Assembly (NCBI GenBank): GCA_003614145.1
Contig: KZ987735.1
Coordinates: 1 to 36,875 of the forward strand
Origin: Piptocephalis cylindrospora
Lineage: Eukaryota
Direction: 5' to 3'
Length of the DNA: 36,875 nucleotides
A program made the position numbers and the translations under genes. The notes under the pieces are model-generated. The model was not told the origin of the DNA. It saw nothing but the letters and a program-made list of their open reading frames with translations, and made no database searches. Positions 1-9,842 of this stretch are shown one piece after another (within the stretch, counting starts at the first letter, position 1; each line of letters starts with the position of its first letter).

Positions 1-3000
1 TATCTCCTCCACAAGCTTGCCCCATTCCAGGGCCTGGGTCTGGGCAAGCCTTCCCTTCTCCTCTTGATGCCGTCGCCACATCATCTGGACTTCGGGATCC
101 TCCATCAACTCCATCCCGTCGTCCCCTGGAGGAGGGGAGGGGCTTGTCGATGTGGTGGTGAGAGTAGCCGTGGTGCCCAAGAGACTAGACAGAGCCGAGA
201 TGGCCGAGACCTTAGGTGGGAGGGTACAACCCGAAGGTCCTACCCGTCCTCCCCGTCCCTTCTCTTCCTCCTTCCCTACTTCCCCATCACCGATCATCTC
301 TCCGGAAAAGGAAGGTGGAGAAAGGAGACCCCCTACACTCATGGCCCGTCTTTCCGATCCGAGTCCCCCCATCCCCCCTTCAGTGGCTGGTAAGGTGGTG
401 GTACGGGGGGAGGCGGGCCGTTGATCGGACTTGCGCATGACTGGAGAGCCACTAGACCCTCTCGTGCCTTTCCGACTAGGGGAAGTGGAGATCCCCATGG
501 CCTCGTACATCCCTCCATCCTTTCCCCCCTCATCCCTCTTTCCTCCCCCGAGGGTTAGTCCGTAAAGTTTGGCCTCGGGGAGAGATCCCGAGAGGGAGCC
601 CCACATCCTACCCAGTCTTCCCGTAGCACCCCCATGAACTCGTCTCGTCGAGGTACTGATGGGCACAGGCGAGGTCATTTTGCCCTGGGTAACGTTCGTG
701 GAGGGAGGGACAGGAGATACCCTCCCTGCAGTCGCCTGGTCCAGCCCCAGACCAATCCCACGGTAATGTGGAGCGGGAGGAGGAGGAGGAGGAGGAGGAG
801 AAAGGGATTGAGATGAGGAACCATGAAGGGTAAAAGAGCCTGATCTATCGAGGAAAACGCCCCCAGATCCGGTGGACCGGACCCTACGATGCAACTCCCT
901 TCCTCCTCCCCCCTCAGGGGAGAGTGGGGAGTGTGGACTCCTTGATCCTCGTAACGACCCACGAGGAGGAGAAGGGATGGGATGAGGAGGGGATCCGAGA
1001 GAATGGTGATACCCATGGCCCTGGCCATGGAGACGGATGGGCGACCTGGCCCGCATCCCACTTTCCTGCCTAGGGGACGAGGCTGACCGGGTCAGTGGGG
1101 TGGGAGGGGATCTGGGGGAGGATCGCGGAGAACTGAGGGACGGTGTGGATCGGGGAGACGACATGGACCTAGGGGAGGATGCGGATCTCGGGGAAGGAAT
1201 GGTACCTAGGGGTGTAGGGGGTGAACGGGCGGTGGGATGAGCGATGGGGGTGGACGTCGGGGTCCCTGAGGCATGCGCTGATGTACTGGTGGAGACGGCG
1301 GTGGGAGGCAGGGGAGGGGACCGCGTACCGCCGGGGACTACATTCTTTGCCCCAGACAGGATCCCAGAGCCAAGTGAGGTAGCGGGGGAGGAACGACCCG
1401 AGTAGGACCCGGCACTGGCACTCCCTCCTCCACCCCCTCCACCCGCCTTGGCTACGATGATGTCTCCAGAGAGATACCGTTGGACGACACGTCGAATATT
1501 CTCAATGGCAAGGACCTGGTCCTCGGTACGTAGAAGCTTCTCTCGTAGCATCTCGGTCACGACCTCTTCCGGGGTGTCCTCATCCAGATTAAAGGGAAAT
1601 TTGTAGGTTTGACCCTTGGCCCCAGGCTCATGCAAGCGACAATACATCCTTAGCCTCAGAGTCCTCTCACCATGACAGGCTACTAGAGCAACATCTCCGT
1701 GATTGGACGTGGTGGAGACTGGGGTCGGGGTCGGGGTGACTTGTGCCCCGCCTGCAGCCTCCCCCCCCGTCCCCTCCTGACCTTCCCCGACCAGGGGGGT
1801 GCCATTGGAACCGGACGCCTCAGTGGAGGGGGCGGTGGCAGCGGCGGCAGCAGCATAGGTAAGATGGGCAGCTTCCTTCTTGGTGGGCTTGGAATTCAGG
1901 GTAGAGGCGGGAGGTGGAGTGAGATGGGCATGGAGAGCATGAATGAGAACCGTGTTATTTCTCCCTACGGCTGACAGGGTCGGAGAGGTTTGGGAGGAGT
2001 TGGGGTCGGAGGGGGTAAGGATGGTGGAGGAGGCTGAGGAGGAGGTGGAGGAAAAGTAGGAGGAGGGTGATGGGGAGTTGAGGAGCTCTTGTCCCATCAA
2101 CTTGGCCCCAAGCACACTGGTGGTCATGAGAATGGTCCCGGGGGCAACGGAGTCCTCATGCATCGGGGAGCCCGGTTGTCCCAACGGGGAGGTGGGGATG
2201 GGAAGGAGACGGGTGTCATACGAGGAACTTCGCCTTCCTTTGCCCAACTCTAGCCCGGGAGCCCCGACCACTGAAGAGACCCCCGCCTTTAGAGGCCAAG
2301 GTCCTTGGGGAGGGTCAGTGGGTCCGGGGGTGGATCGAGTCGATTGATTTCCAATCGTTCCATCCAGATGCGGTGGATGGGGTAAAGAGGATGCCTCTGA
2401 GCTCCCAGAGGGGCGTGCTGTGACTGGGGTGGAGGCGGAAGGCTGCACCCATCCGGGGACACTGGTGGGAGTTCCTGGTACGGGTCCAACGAGACCATGG
2501 GCCCCCATACTGGCCCTACGAGACCGGGTGTCATCCAGTGCGGCCGTTGCAGGGGTGGCCCCGGAGGTACCGACTCCCCAATCACCAACAAGACAAGGGT
2601 GAGTATCGAGGAGTTCCTGGGCGGAGGGACGCTCCTCGGGATTGGAGGCCAAGCACCGATTAATCAAGTCTTTTACGATGGGATCATGGACGCTCTCCAG
2701 GGCTTCTGGCTTGATCTGGGTGGTGACCTTGCGGTAGATTTGGGCTTGGTTGGCGCATTCGGCATAGGGGTATTGCTTAGTGACCATCTCGAGGACGCAC
2801 ATGCCAAAGGCGTAGATGTCGATCTTTTCATCATACTGTTCATCGTACAACTCAGGGGCCATGAACTCTGGGGTACCGATGACCGAGGTGACGTGCCTGA
2901 GGGATTTGACGGTGGCCAAACCCAGATCACCCAATTTGACTTCCCCGGTATTGCCATTGACAAAGATGTTCTCACACTTGAGATCCCTGTGAAGAATGGG

Positions 3001-3639
3001 GGGGTTCAGGGCATGGAGGTAGGCGAGGGAGGAGAGGACCTGACGACAGATCAGTCGAAGAACTCGAGGTCTCAGGGAGGAGGTGCCTCCCCCCTGACGG
3101 ATGTACCTCTTGAGGGTGCCCGAGGTCATGAGCTCGGTGATAAAGTAAACGAGCTCATGGCCGGCCGAGTTGTGCGCGTTCCACGCATGTTTTAGCCGGA
3201 TGATATTGGGATGGGAGAGGGAGGCTAGGATGGCGACCTCGGCGCGGAGCTTGGATGCATCCGAGTCGGAGAGATGATCGACGCGCAATTGATTCCACGC
3301 CACCTCGACCCCGTCCTCATGGTCAAAGGCCCGATAGACGCTTTTGTAGGCGCCCTTTCCAAGTCTCTGGGCATATCGTACATACCGATTACTGGGGTCC
3401 GAGTCGACGACGACTGGCATGGGCTCGTCATCCTCATCGTCCTCCTCCATGTGAACGGGCTGAGTGGAAGAGTGGGTTCGGGGAAAGGCTGGGGTAGGAA
3501 GGGCGGGGAAGGATTCGGTGGTTGTTGAGTTGTGTTGTTGCACGGCTCCTCCCTCTTTGGGTGAGGAGTGGGCCTCTTGACGGGAGGTATCGTCAGGCTC
3601 TTCCTCCTCTGTCGTGAGTGTGGTGAGATGCTCCGACAT
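1..3639 (-). CDS. WNK: WNK (with-no-lysine) Ser/Thr protein kinase, >1213 aa, 3'-partial (stop lies left of the window)
   Basis: Manual translation from ATG 3639. The frame appears open to base 1, consistent with its absence from the ORF track. Kinase domain (~2600-3390) has LGKGAYKSVY (Lys in subdomain I), VAWNQ (no Lys in subdomain II), FITELMTSGTLK, HRDLKCENIFVNGNTGEVKLGDLGLA and SVIGTPEFMAPE. Autoinhibitory-like domain ~1480-1700 (YKFPFNLDEDTPEEVVTEML). C-terminal coiled coil at 1-100. Confidence 0.95.
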   Translation of the reverse strand, partial: MSEHLTTLTTEEEEPDDTSRQEAHSSPKEGGAVQQHNSTTTESFPALPTPAFPRTHSSTQPVHMEEDDEDDEPMPVVVDSDPSNRYVRYAQRLGKGAYKSVYRAFDHEDGVEVAWNQLRVDHLSDSDASKLRAEVAILASLSHPNIIRLKHAWNAHNSAGHELVYFITELMTSGTLKRYIRQGGGTSSLRPRVLRLICRQVLSSLAYLHALNPPILHRDLKCENIFVNGNTGEVKLGDLGLATVKSLRHVTSVIGTPEFMAPELYDEQYDEKIDIYAFGMCVLEMVTKQYPYAECANQAQIYRKVTTQIKPEALESVHDPIVKDLINRCLASNPEERPSAQELLDTHPCLVGDWGVGTSGATPATAALDDTRSRRASMGAHGLVGPVPGTPTSVPGWVQPSASTPVTARPSGSSEASSLPHPPHLDGTIGNQSTRSTPGPTDPPQGPWPLKAGVSSVVGAPGLELGKGRRSSSYDTRLLPIPTSPLGQPGSPMHEDSVAPGTILMTTSVLGAKLMGQELLNSPSPSSYFSSTSSSASSTILTPSDPNSSQTSPTLSAVGRNNTVLIHALHAHLTPPPASTLNSKPTKKEAAHLTYAAAAAATAPSTEASGSNGTPLVGEGQEGTGGEAAGGAQVTPTPTPVSTTSNHGDVALVACHGERTLRLRMYCRLHEPGAKGQTYKFPFNLDEDTPEEVVTEMLREKLLRTEDQVLAIENIRRVVQRYLSGDIIVAKAGGGGGGGSASAGSYSGRSSPATSLGSGILSGAKNVVPGGTRSPPLPPTAVSTSTSAHASGTPTSTPIAHPTARSPPTPLGTIPSPRSASSPRSMSSPRSTPSLSSPRSSPRSPPTPLTRSASSPRQESGMRARSPIRLHGQGHGYHHSLGSPPHPIPSPPRGSLRGSRSPHSPLSPEGGGGRELHRRVRSTGSGGVFLDRSGSFTLHGSSSQSLSPPPPPPPPAPHYRGIGLGLDQATAGRVSPVPPSTNVTQGKMTSPVPISTSTRRVHGGATGRLGRMWGSLSGSLPEAKLYGLTLGGGKRDEGGKDGGMYEAMGISTSPSRKGTRGSSGSPVMRKSDQRPASPRTTTLPATEGGMGGLGSERRAMSVGGLLSPPSFSGEMIGDGEVGKEEEKGRGGRVGPSGCTLPPKVSAISALSSLLGTTATLTTTSTSPSPPPGDDGMELMEDPEVQMMWRRHQEEKGRLAQTQALEWGKLVEEI

Positions 3640-4312
3640 GTTCAGTCTGGAATAGGATGGGAATAGGGATGAATCGCCTTTTTAAGGCAGGGTGCGGTGA
3701 GATGGGAGTGGGAGAAGGGGCGGGGAGGGGGGAACGGCGGCGAATGGTCTATTTGGATATGGGCGGAGGATGAGCAGGAGAGAAGGGGGGGGAGGGAATG
3801 ATGAAAAAGGAGGAATGATGGATCATAGGGCCATCTTGCTTTCTTCGGGGAGACGCGCTTACCGTTGAGCAAACAGAGTAGGAAGATGAGGGATGGGGAA
3901 AGAAAAGAAAAGGCAGTCTAAACCTAGAAAAGGGACATGGGGAAGAACGTTTTCCTTGGGAGAGATAGAGGACAACAAGTGGGAAGGGGGTGGTTGCTGG
4001 GGAGAGAAAAGATGAATGGAAGGACCATGTCAAGCTCGAGTTGCCCACGACCCACACGCAGCCCTCCCCTTCCCCTCTCCACTCCTGTGCTTACCAAGTG
4101 TGAACGAGAGGAAGAAAGGGTGGTGGCAAAGAAGGCCACAGAGAACGAACCAGGAAGAGAAGGATGGGGTATGGGGTAAAGAGGCAAGCAGTGAGTGTAG
4201 ATAGAGAGAGAAAGAGGAGGAGGAGGAGGTCTAGAGAGATGGATGAGGGTATTCTCTCTCCATTGGGACTTATATGAGACGACGACGGCCGCGATGGCGT
4301 ACCCTACGGGTA

Positions 4313-4400
4313 TGTGTGTGTGTGTGTGTGTCTGTGTGTGTCTGTGTGTGTGTGTGTCTGTGTATATATGTCTGCGTGTGTCTGCGTGTGTCTGCGTATG
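4313..4400. repeat. (GT)n/(GTCT)-type compound microsatellite
   Basis: tgtgtgtg...tctgtgtgtg run in the divergent WNK/Abp1 intergenic region. Confidence 0.9.
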
Positions 4401-5396
4401 CGTGCATAAGGAGAGGGTTCAGTAGGAGTACCCGGAGAAATATCAGTGTGGGCCTCATATCCCACTGGTCAAGGGGACGGCGGGGGAGACTAGAGAGAAG
4501 GGAACGATGAGGAGAGGGCCAGGGCAGGGATGATGTGCGGTAGTTAGTCTGTCCTACTCTCCTCGTCGTCCTATATCCCTGTCGACTGATTGGGCTGTGC
4601 GGGAGTGTGGAGTGTGAGAGCTCTCCCTCTCCCTACACCAGAGCTGGGCATGAGAGAAAGGCGATGATGATGCGGGGGAGAGACAAGTGAGAGACGAATT
4701 GATAGAGGGGGTTGTGCAGCACCCTCAGTCCTAAGAGAACGGGATACTAGCTGCTACTGGCCCGACCAACCCTGACCTGGTCAATCAGTCTCTGACACAC
4801 TACTCCAAGTTTATAGTGTGTGAGGCACACATGCAGAGACACAAATCCAGGAGCGGATTCCCATGCACAGAGGCACACGGAAGATGGACACGCCTATGCA
4901 TACATGAGGGGAGAGGGCTTGCCAGCCATGCATATACCCCTTCGCCACTCGTGTAAAAAAAGGAGGTTTATCCATGCATTCATCATGAAAGCGCAAGGGC
5001 AAGAGCAAACCCATGGAGCCCCGACAAGGTGATGGACTGCCTATGGTCTCATGGGCCTAGAGACAGCATGTCCTGATCACGATAGGAGGGTGGGATGAGA
5101 GGATAACAAGAACACCCCTCGAAAAGGGTAGGTCTAGGTTTGATCCAGGCCCGCCTCAATCTATGGCACGTATAGGACCGGGTAGAGATGAAAATCTGCT
5201 CCTTTAAATGACCCCTCGTCAAATAAACACCTCTCCCACGCATTGACACCGTGAAGTCAGGAAGGCAGGGCGCGTAGTGCGCAGCGGGTGTCATCCATCC
5301 CGCACATATCCCAGTCCGGTTGAGGCTCCGCCTTGACCCGACTCCAACAGCCCCCTTTATCTTTCCTCCACCCTTCCTACCCGCAGTTTTTGTCCA

Positions 5397-7605
5397 ATGA
5401 GCCAGATCAACTTTACTACCAACGGCGACTCTCTCAAGGCCGCTTACAAGGCCGTTCTCTCTGGAGATCCCGACACCGACTGGGCCCTATTTACCTATGA
5501 AAAGGCCTCGACTGATCTCAAGGTTCAGGATACGGGAGGTAGGGGCAAGGGGAAAGGGAGCGTGCACGCCCTCCAGCTAGACCTCACCCCCTTCACCTCC
5601 CTCTCTCCGTGATCTGTCCCTAGACGGTGGTCTGGAGGAACTGTGTGAGGAGTTTAGTGACGGTCGCATTCAATATGCTCTTGCCAGAGTCCTTGATCCC
5701 AACAGTAAGCTCAACAAGCTGGTCCTTATCGCCTGGGTATGTAGAGGGGTGCTGTATGGAGGAAGAGATAGAGATGACCTGCACGCACTTACTCACCACC
5801 TCTTTTGGATGGGAGGGAGCAGTGCGGATCTGGTGTCCCCATCTCCCGTAAGGGATACTTTGCCTCACACCTCGATGCCGTGTCCCACTTTCTCTCGGGA
5901 TATCATCTTCAGATCCATGCCCGTTCTGAGGTATGGGCATGATATAGGCCTGGATGAACAGGATGGTGGATACCCATGACTCACCCCTCCTCCCGTTCAC
6001 CCCAATCCCCAGTCGGATGTCGATCCCGCTTATATTATGAAGCGGCTGCATGAGTCCGGTGGGTCCAAGTACTCCTTTCACGAGGAAAAGCCCCAAAAGG
6101 CCGAGCGTCCTACTCCCGTGGTAGGTGGATTGGGGCATCTGAGAAAGAAAGAGGAAGGATCCTCCCGTTCACTCCTTTCCATGAATCCCTTAGGGATCCG
6201 TGTACCAGCCCACTAAGGTGAATATGGCCGAGCTCAAGGGTTCCGTTTCCGGTACCCCCTCTTCCAATTCCGTAAGTGGAGAGTGGAGAGGATAGTGCGG
6301 GATAGAGATGCCATCGCAACCTAACTTCACCTCCCCCCTCCCTCTTTTGAATAGAGGGATGTGGTCAAGGAGAGGGAGGCCGCAGAGGAAAGAAGAAAGC
6401 AGGAGGAGGCTGATCACGAAGTTAGGGAAGCTGAAAGGAGGGAGAGACAGAGAAAGGAGGAAATGGAAAGAGAGAGACGAAAGGCGGAGGAAGATATTAG
6501 GAGACAGGCTGAGGAGGCCAAGAGACAGGCTGAGGAGGTCAAGAGACAAGAAGAGGAATCCAAGAAAAGGGAGGAAGAGGAGGAGGCGAGTAGGAAGGCC
6601 CAGCAGGCCGAAGATAGGATGAAAGAGAGAGAGGAGGCGGAAAAGCAGCAGAGAGAAGAGGAACTTCGGGTGGAGGAACAGCGAAAGGCTTCTCAAAAGC
6701 GGGCCGAAGAGGAGGATAAGCGAAAGGAGGAGGAGGAGGAAAGGAAGATTCGGGAACTGGGGGCCCAACAGGCAAAGTCCTCCCTGACCTCTGCCATGTC
6801 CGAACTCTCCTTCCAAACCGGCACAACGGTAGGTTTTGGGTAGGAAAAGTGAATGGGATTTTCACATGGTCATCTAAACCTTCCTGGGTAGGCCAAGGTG
6901 GATGTTGGGGCCATCAAGGAATCCAAGGGCCCCGAAGCCCCCGCCAAAAAAGGTGTCTTTGCCATTGCCATGTACGACTATGATGCAGGTGAGTCTTGAA
7001 TTTCTCCACTCCCCTTGACCTCCTCTCAACCATCCTATGGATCATCTTAGAGGAGGCGGGTGAGATTAACTTCAAGGAGGGTCAGGTCCTGGAAGTGATG
7101 AGCCGGGAGGACCCAGGTTGGTGGAAGGGAACCTTGGGTAAAGGCGAGCCTACTGGCATGTTTCCAGGTAAGAACTTTATGCATAACATCATTGGAGCCC
7201 GGCGGTCCAAGAAGGGCACCAAGGCAATAAGAAACCCCTCACATTATCCTCTTCCCCCTACCCCTTTAGCCAATTATGTCCAATTGGTGGATGATCCAGA
7301 GGAGGCTGTAGTTCAAGAAGGAGGAGGGGAAAAGGCTGTAGCCCTCTATGACTTTGAGGGGACCGCCGACGATGAGCTGGCCTTTCAAGAGGGGGATGTC
7401 CTAGTGGATGTGGACCGTATGGGCGGTAGTGACTGGTGGACTGGTACCAAGGAAGCGAACGGTCAACGTGGTCTTTTCCCCGGTAAGTCCCCTAGGGCCC
7501 CGCTTTGTCTCTTTGACGCACAAAGCCATCAATACGGACGATTTTTACTTACTCCCTACACCGATCCTCTCTACTCGTCCAGCCAATTATGTCGAGATTC
7601 AATGA
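5397..7605 (+). CDS. ABP1: Abp1/drebrin-like actin-binding protein (ADF-H, charged helix, 2 SH3), ~490 aa, 10 exons
   Basis: Exons 5397-5538, 5624-5736, 5823-5930, 6013-6120, 6194-6271, 6355-6828, 6892-6988, 7051-7167, 7270-7482, 7583-7605; all GT-AG and phase-consistent (1473 nt). ADF-H motifs DWALFTY, GGLEEL..EFSDGRIQYA and KLVLIAWCG; E/R/K-rich helix; SH3 motifs AMYDY/ALYDF, WW and GxFPANYV. Confidence 0.92.
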
Positions 7606-8513
7606 CGAGGCCCTCCAAATGAGAGGTCATATGTGGAGGGTAAAGAGAAGTAACAATATGAGGCGCAGATGACCAATATAGGGATAGTAAGCCAGTAGAC
7701 AAGGGTTTCTAGTATGAATCGCGCTATTTAGTGCACACTGCACACGATAAAGTAAAACGTATAAAATGAAGAGGAAAAAATGATGTACCTAGGGGAGCAA
7801 ATATCAAGATGGTCTAATTTAAAGGAGCGGATCTAGCGGTCCACGACTTCCAGTCCATCTTCATTGCCTTCAAGGAAAAGTGCATAACGATATGGAGGAA
7901 TCGGTCAAAAACGGTAGATGATGATAACCCATTTTATTTCCCTGATGGGATAGGCATTTGGGCTTCCGAACGCATCGCCGCCCATAGGGCTAGCCTAAGG
8001 TAGGCTAAATAATACCCACAGTACCCGTCTTAGAGACCAGTATGCGTGGTACCAAGGCTTATTCACATTAGATATTCTATTTGAGACCTCATTCATTTAG
8101 TTAAACCGTGTCTCGTAGTACAGATGCATTTATACTTATCTTGAGAGGCCTTACTATTGGATATGCATCTAACATCAGCCAATCGTAGCCATACCAGGGT
8201 GGAATATAAAAACAGCCTCTTGGTATCCCTAGGTAATCCACTTGGCAAGATCATCAGATCATTGAATAATTTCTCCCCATGAAAGCTTTGGCTGATAGCC
8301 CTGGCTTTCATGCACTATGCAGCGTCCCCGAATGGCACATGTTCTCCGGAAATCAATGAGTTATTCCAGGAGTACTGTCTTTAACAATAGTCCCAGTAAC
8401 AATGAAAGATGCAGCCCAGTTGAGCGGGAGAGAATAAGGTGTGGTCTATTCCCATTGAGAAAGAGAGGCAACAGCGTGGAAAGCACTAATGACTAGTAAG
8501 GTGCTTCTTGTTC

Positions 8514-9779
8514 TTATTGAAGCCCTCCCAGTCCATGGATACAGCCTCGATAGGAAAGCGGGCAATTACGCTGAGTAGGCCCCCCCAGATATGGACGATC
8601 ATCCTTGTTGTCTAGGCGCTCGATAAGGGGGGCAAGGTCATCACCACATAGATCTAGGTAAAAGTCTCGATGATGTTCATACAGCATCATCTCCTTCTGA
8701 CTCATCGGATATTTTCTGGCTTTTTTTTCTTGCTCAAAGATGAAATCGAAATAGGGCCGAGCAAGTTCTTTGGGATGAGATTCGGAAGACTGGCCATCTG
8801 TACCCAAGCTGGCCGGGAGGGAAATGAAACCCCCATCCGCATGCTTCCTGGCCACGACGCCCATGAGATGCTTTATACTATCTTCGAACGTATTGCCCTT
8901 GCCGAAGCTACGGAGCCCATGAATAAGGAAGTGTCGAATTTGATAGGCTGCCCAGAATTGACGAGTGGATTGAAGGACATTGATACACTCAGGAATTACC
9001 GCTTTATCATGGATTATCCTTTTGCAGAAGTTCTTAAGAGATTCTTTGTCCTCGTCGTGATTGTACCCGAGAAAAGTGATAGCTTTATGCAACACATCTG
9101 ACTTACCGTTTTCGATATTCTCAAACTCATCGTTCTCTCTGTGGGATGGACAATTCAAGGGGCTGGAGGCTCTAACCGCCTTGACTAGCTTCATATATGT
9201 ATCTTTGTCCATGAATGCATATTGAGGAACGTCTGGTTTATGCTGAGGAACGTTTGGTTTATGCTGAGGAACATTTGGTTTAGAGCACTCGGAAATGATG
9301 GACTTTAAAAAGCTGGGGGATTGACGCGGCGAGCGGAGGAAACCAATACTGATGTGAATGACATCATAGTGAAATAAATCACACAGAAGGAGCCTGACCT
9401 TATTATCTGCGTAGAAGGCTTGGAGAGTCGGGATAGGTGATTTTGATGAGTGAATACCATGGTTATAAAGGAGGGATGATGACTTGCTAGGTTTCTGGGA
9501 CGACAGATCGGATGATAACTGATCAAATCCTTCATATAATCGTATTTTCATGGGTTCGGTCTTTTTATGAAGAGAGGATGAATGTTTTTCGTTCAGCCCC
9601 TGGCCTTGCCCTTGATGATGGTCCCGTTTTTGACTATGTGAGGAGTCGCCCCCGCCAGAAGGATGAGCATTCACAGATCTAGTGAATAGGGCATTGTCTG
9701 AGGACGGGAAAAATGTAAAGAGGAGGGAAGCCGAGAGGCTTAGGTAGAGTAGGGAGGTGGGAGAAAGAAGACCGTGCAT
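8514..9779 (-). CDS. Orphan secreted protein (421 aa), possibly truncated at the C-terminus by a frameshift
   Basis: Long ATG ORF with hydrophobic N-terminus (LLYLSLSASLLFTFF), low-complexity linker containing a KR site, and a (KPNVPQH)x3 repeat. TATAAA upstream. No domain recognised. Confidence 0.7.
   Translation of the reverse strand: MHGLLSPTSLLYLSLSASLLFTFFPSSDNALFTRSVNAHPSGGGDSSHSQKRDHHQGQGQGLNEKHSSSLHKKTEPMKIRLYEGFDQLSSDLSSQKPSKSSSLLYNHGIHSSKSPIPTLQAFYADNKVRLLLCDLFHYDVIHISIGFLRSPRQSPSFLKSIISECSKPNVPQHKPNVPQHKPDVPQYAFMDKDTYMKLVKAVRASSPLNCPSHRENDEFENIENGKSDVLHKAITFLGYNHDEDKESLKNFCKRIIHDKAVIPECINVLQSTRQFWAAYQIRHFLIHGLRSFGKGNTFEDSIKHLMGVVARKHADGGFISLPASLGTDGQSSESHPKELARPYFDFIFEQEKKARKYPMSQKEMMLYEHHRDFYLDLCGDDLAPLIERLDNKDDRPYLGGPTQRNCPLSYRGCIHGLGGLQ
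9223..9282. repeat. 21-bp tandem repeat, ~3 copies (encodes KPNVPQH/KPDVPQ)
   Basis: tgaggaacgtctggtttatgc / tgaggaacgtttggtttatgc / tgaggaacatttggttta. Confidence 0.9.
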
Positions 9780-9836
9780 GGTATCAAGAAAAGTGTTGTT
9801 GAAATGAACGGAGAATGATAGGAATCGTCAGGCAAG

Positions 9837-9842
9837 TTTATA
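9837..9842 (-). promoter_or_regulatory. Putative TATA box of the 421-aa secreted gene
   Basis: TATAAA on the minus strand, ~58 nt upstream of ATG 9779. Confidence 0.45.

Noticed and set aside
2497..3195. 232-aa plus-strand ORF and other long antisense ORFs (e.g. 6190-6816, 12249-12851, 28136-28870)
   Set aside because: Antisense shadows of real genes in GC-rich coding DNA; no motifs of their own.
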